Positions 62,245 to 64,000 of a stretch of DNA of 64,000 bases are shown here, in pieces. Every line of letters begins with the position of its first letter. Positions within the stretch are counted from its first letter, which is position 1. Source of the stretch: Prorocentrum cordatum (lineage: Eukaryota); the NCBI GenBank assembly GCA_963575745.1, contig CAUYUJ010000118.1, positions 1 through 64,000 of the forward strand. The letters are read 5' to 3'. The notes beneath the pieces were generated by a model, which worked only from the letters and a program-made list of their open reading frames with translations, ran no database searches and was not told where the DNA came from. A program made the position numbers and the translations under genes.

Positions 62245-64000
62245 GGTCTGCGGTCTGCGGGGCCCGATTCGAGCCCCCTTAGGGGGCAGGGCCAGCGGTA
62301 GGATTACCTACAGGCAACCTAAGCACTAACAGCGGAGCTGTGCGATATACAAGTCAGCGTAGCTGTGCATATATGATACAACAGCGTAGCTGCACAGGAA
62401 TATACACACATCAAGAAACAGTGGGGCTACGCATGTATCTTACAACAGCGGAGCTATGCAGATATTATACACAAACAGTCACCTGCCAAGTTGTACGTGT
62501 ATACACATCTCGGCAATGCCATTGAGAAGAGAATGTGCAGCTGCCAACTCAGCCTGTGTGATCGTGCAATGGCTAGGGATCATGAAACCTCTGCGGCCAA
62601 CTCCAGGGTGCCATCCACCCTGCACAAGTCCAGGGGGAAGCTGGTGAGGAGGAAGAGAGGGAACAAGATAAACATCAATAACCCAGCCACACGAGGTGCC
62701 ACGCTCACACCGCCCACCGTCAAAAGCTCCTCTAAGTGCACGAACAATATAATGACCCGATCTAATATGATAAAGAGTGTTATGATTCCAACGAACATCA
62801 GAAGTTACTTTACCCTCACGTGCAAGATGTGTCTCATAGTCCGCCTCATCGTTGCCCTCCCTATACACCCATTTCCACATATCCCTTCCCACTTCAGCCG
62901 TGACAAGATGATGGTCCTCACTCATTCTGTGGAGGCGGTTCTGCATACCCTTGATCGTGCGGCGGTATACTTCATTATGACAGCGATATCTTCCATTAAG
63001 CCAGCGCACAACACACTGGCTATCCCCACGGAGCTCCAAGCCATATCAACCCCCTTCCCCACGCCAAGTGGTTTCATCATCATTTATCGCGGCCAGTCGT
63101 TTCGCCACCCGTTCATTTTCCCGTCGTTGCTGCTCCTCAGACTTCTCCTCCCCCTTCTCCTCCTGCTTGAACTCACCCGTGAAGGGATCCCGAAGAAGGC
63201 AGAACTCGAGAAGATCATCCAAGTCCAGGGCGGCCAGGGTACCCACCAGGAAAGAACGCCAGCCAGTTTCATGCCAGACCATCGTGCGATCCCAATGAAC
63301 CCCGCGCGTGTGCTCGAAGACCTCGAACCAAGGCCTGAGTCCCGTCAAGACTCGATGACGACAGGTTCTAGTAAACCTTCGGCCCCCAGGGAGAGCTCTA
63401 ACATGTACGTCGCGCTGCTCAGTCCACTCCCCCGACGCGTGCATCATCGTCAAGGCGCTCTGCATACTGGCAGTGGGCAATCCTCCTTCCTCCTCCCGTG
63501 CATAGGTACGGCGTACCCGCTTACGAACAGGCTCATGTACATGTTGTGAATCGTGATGCTCATATGCCGTGTTCTCCGATATACGTCTGCGAACTGATCT
63601 ACTTTCCAAGGAAGATGCGCTCTGTGCCTTTCTCCTACACGAACTGTTGAGCTGTCTGGCATTCGGGGTAGGCGAGGGAACCGATAACTCCAAGAAACGC
63701 TGCGAACCACCAAAAATATCAGGATCTCGTGGCTCATGATAAAGAATGCCCTGACTGAGTGCGTCCTCATCCACCCGACTATGTTCCTCATGGATTGTGC
63801 TCACAACATGTTTGGCGAAGAGCCACTGGCGATGAAGGGCGAGCTGGACCATCGAAGGCTTACGGGCCCACTTCAATAAGCGACGGCCACCCTTAATCCT
63901 CCTGCCCCAGTACTCTCCCCAGGACTCCGTGATCTTCTTTTTGAGACGTCTCATGGTGGACAAGAAGTTGCCTTCAGCTGCATGTATCTGTTGGAGACTA
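62245..64000 (-). mobile_element. 3' part of a third divergent LINE of the RNase H family, running out of the window
   Basis: Begins at the hairpin loop GAACCGTCAACCT; tail CCGCAGACCGCAGA; post-RT region 63046-63963 shares motifs with the other two copies (GEWTE.R, KRLAA...E..W). Confidence 0.88.
62479..63039 (-). CDS. RNase H domain, permuted motif order, uninterrupted
   Basis: ELRGDS ... WVYREGNDEAD ... RGAFDGG...SCGW ... TITQAELAAA. Confidence 0.88.
   Translation of the reverse strand: MELRGDSQCVVRWLNGRYRCHNEVYRRTIKGMQNRLHRMSEDHHLVTAEVGRDMWKWVYREGNDEADYETHLAREGKVTSDVRWNHNTLYHIRSGHYIVRALRGAFDGGRCERGTSCGWVIDVYLVPSLPPHQLPPGLVQGGWHPGVGRRGFMIPSHCTITQAELAAAHSLLNGIAEMCIHVQLGR

Overview
Repeat-dominated eukaryotic DNA, most likely a GC-rich dinoflagellate such as Prorocentrum. 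This is inferred from the GC3-rich small exons, AG|G acceptors, GC/GA donors and very large microsatellite-filled introns. Almost all ORFs in the six-frame track are low-complexity artefacts. Four parts can be supported. (1) 1-8.5 kb is a head-to-tail train of non-coding elements separated by (CAA)n tracts. (2) ~11.8-39.6 kb holds one minus-strand multi-exon gene (coiled coil, F-box-like segment, possible C-terminal beta-sandwich). Its introns carry short direct repeats at their ends, MITEs, satellites and an RTE-like LINE with an intact ORF2. (3) 44.7-62.2 kb is an array of ~1.1-1.5 kb non-coding units with ~177-bp internal repeats, inverted-repeat ends and a terminal GC stem-loop (Helitron/Helentron-like). 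(4) Several divergent APE-RT non-LTR retrotransposons are all inserted, in one orientation, into the loop of that stem-loop. This family is the candidate novel system: a circularly permuted RNase H (three copies), non-canonical RT motifs (WADN for YADD and RTGG for QG, two copies), and an ORF2 that follows ORF1 in frame after a single stop with no AUG.
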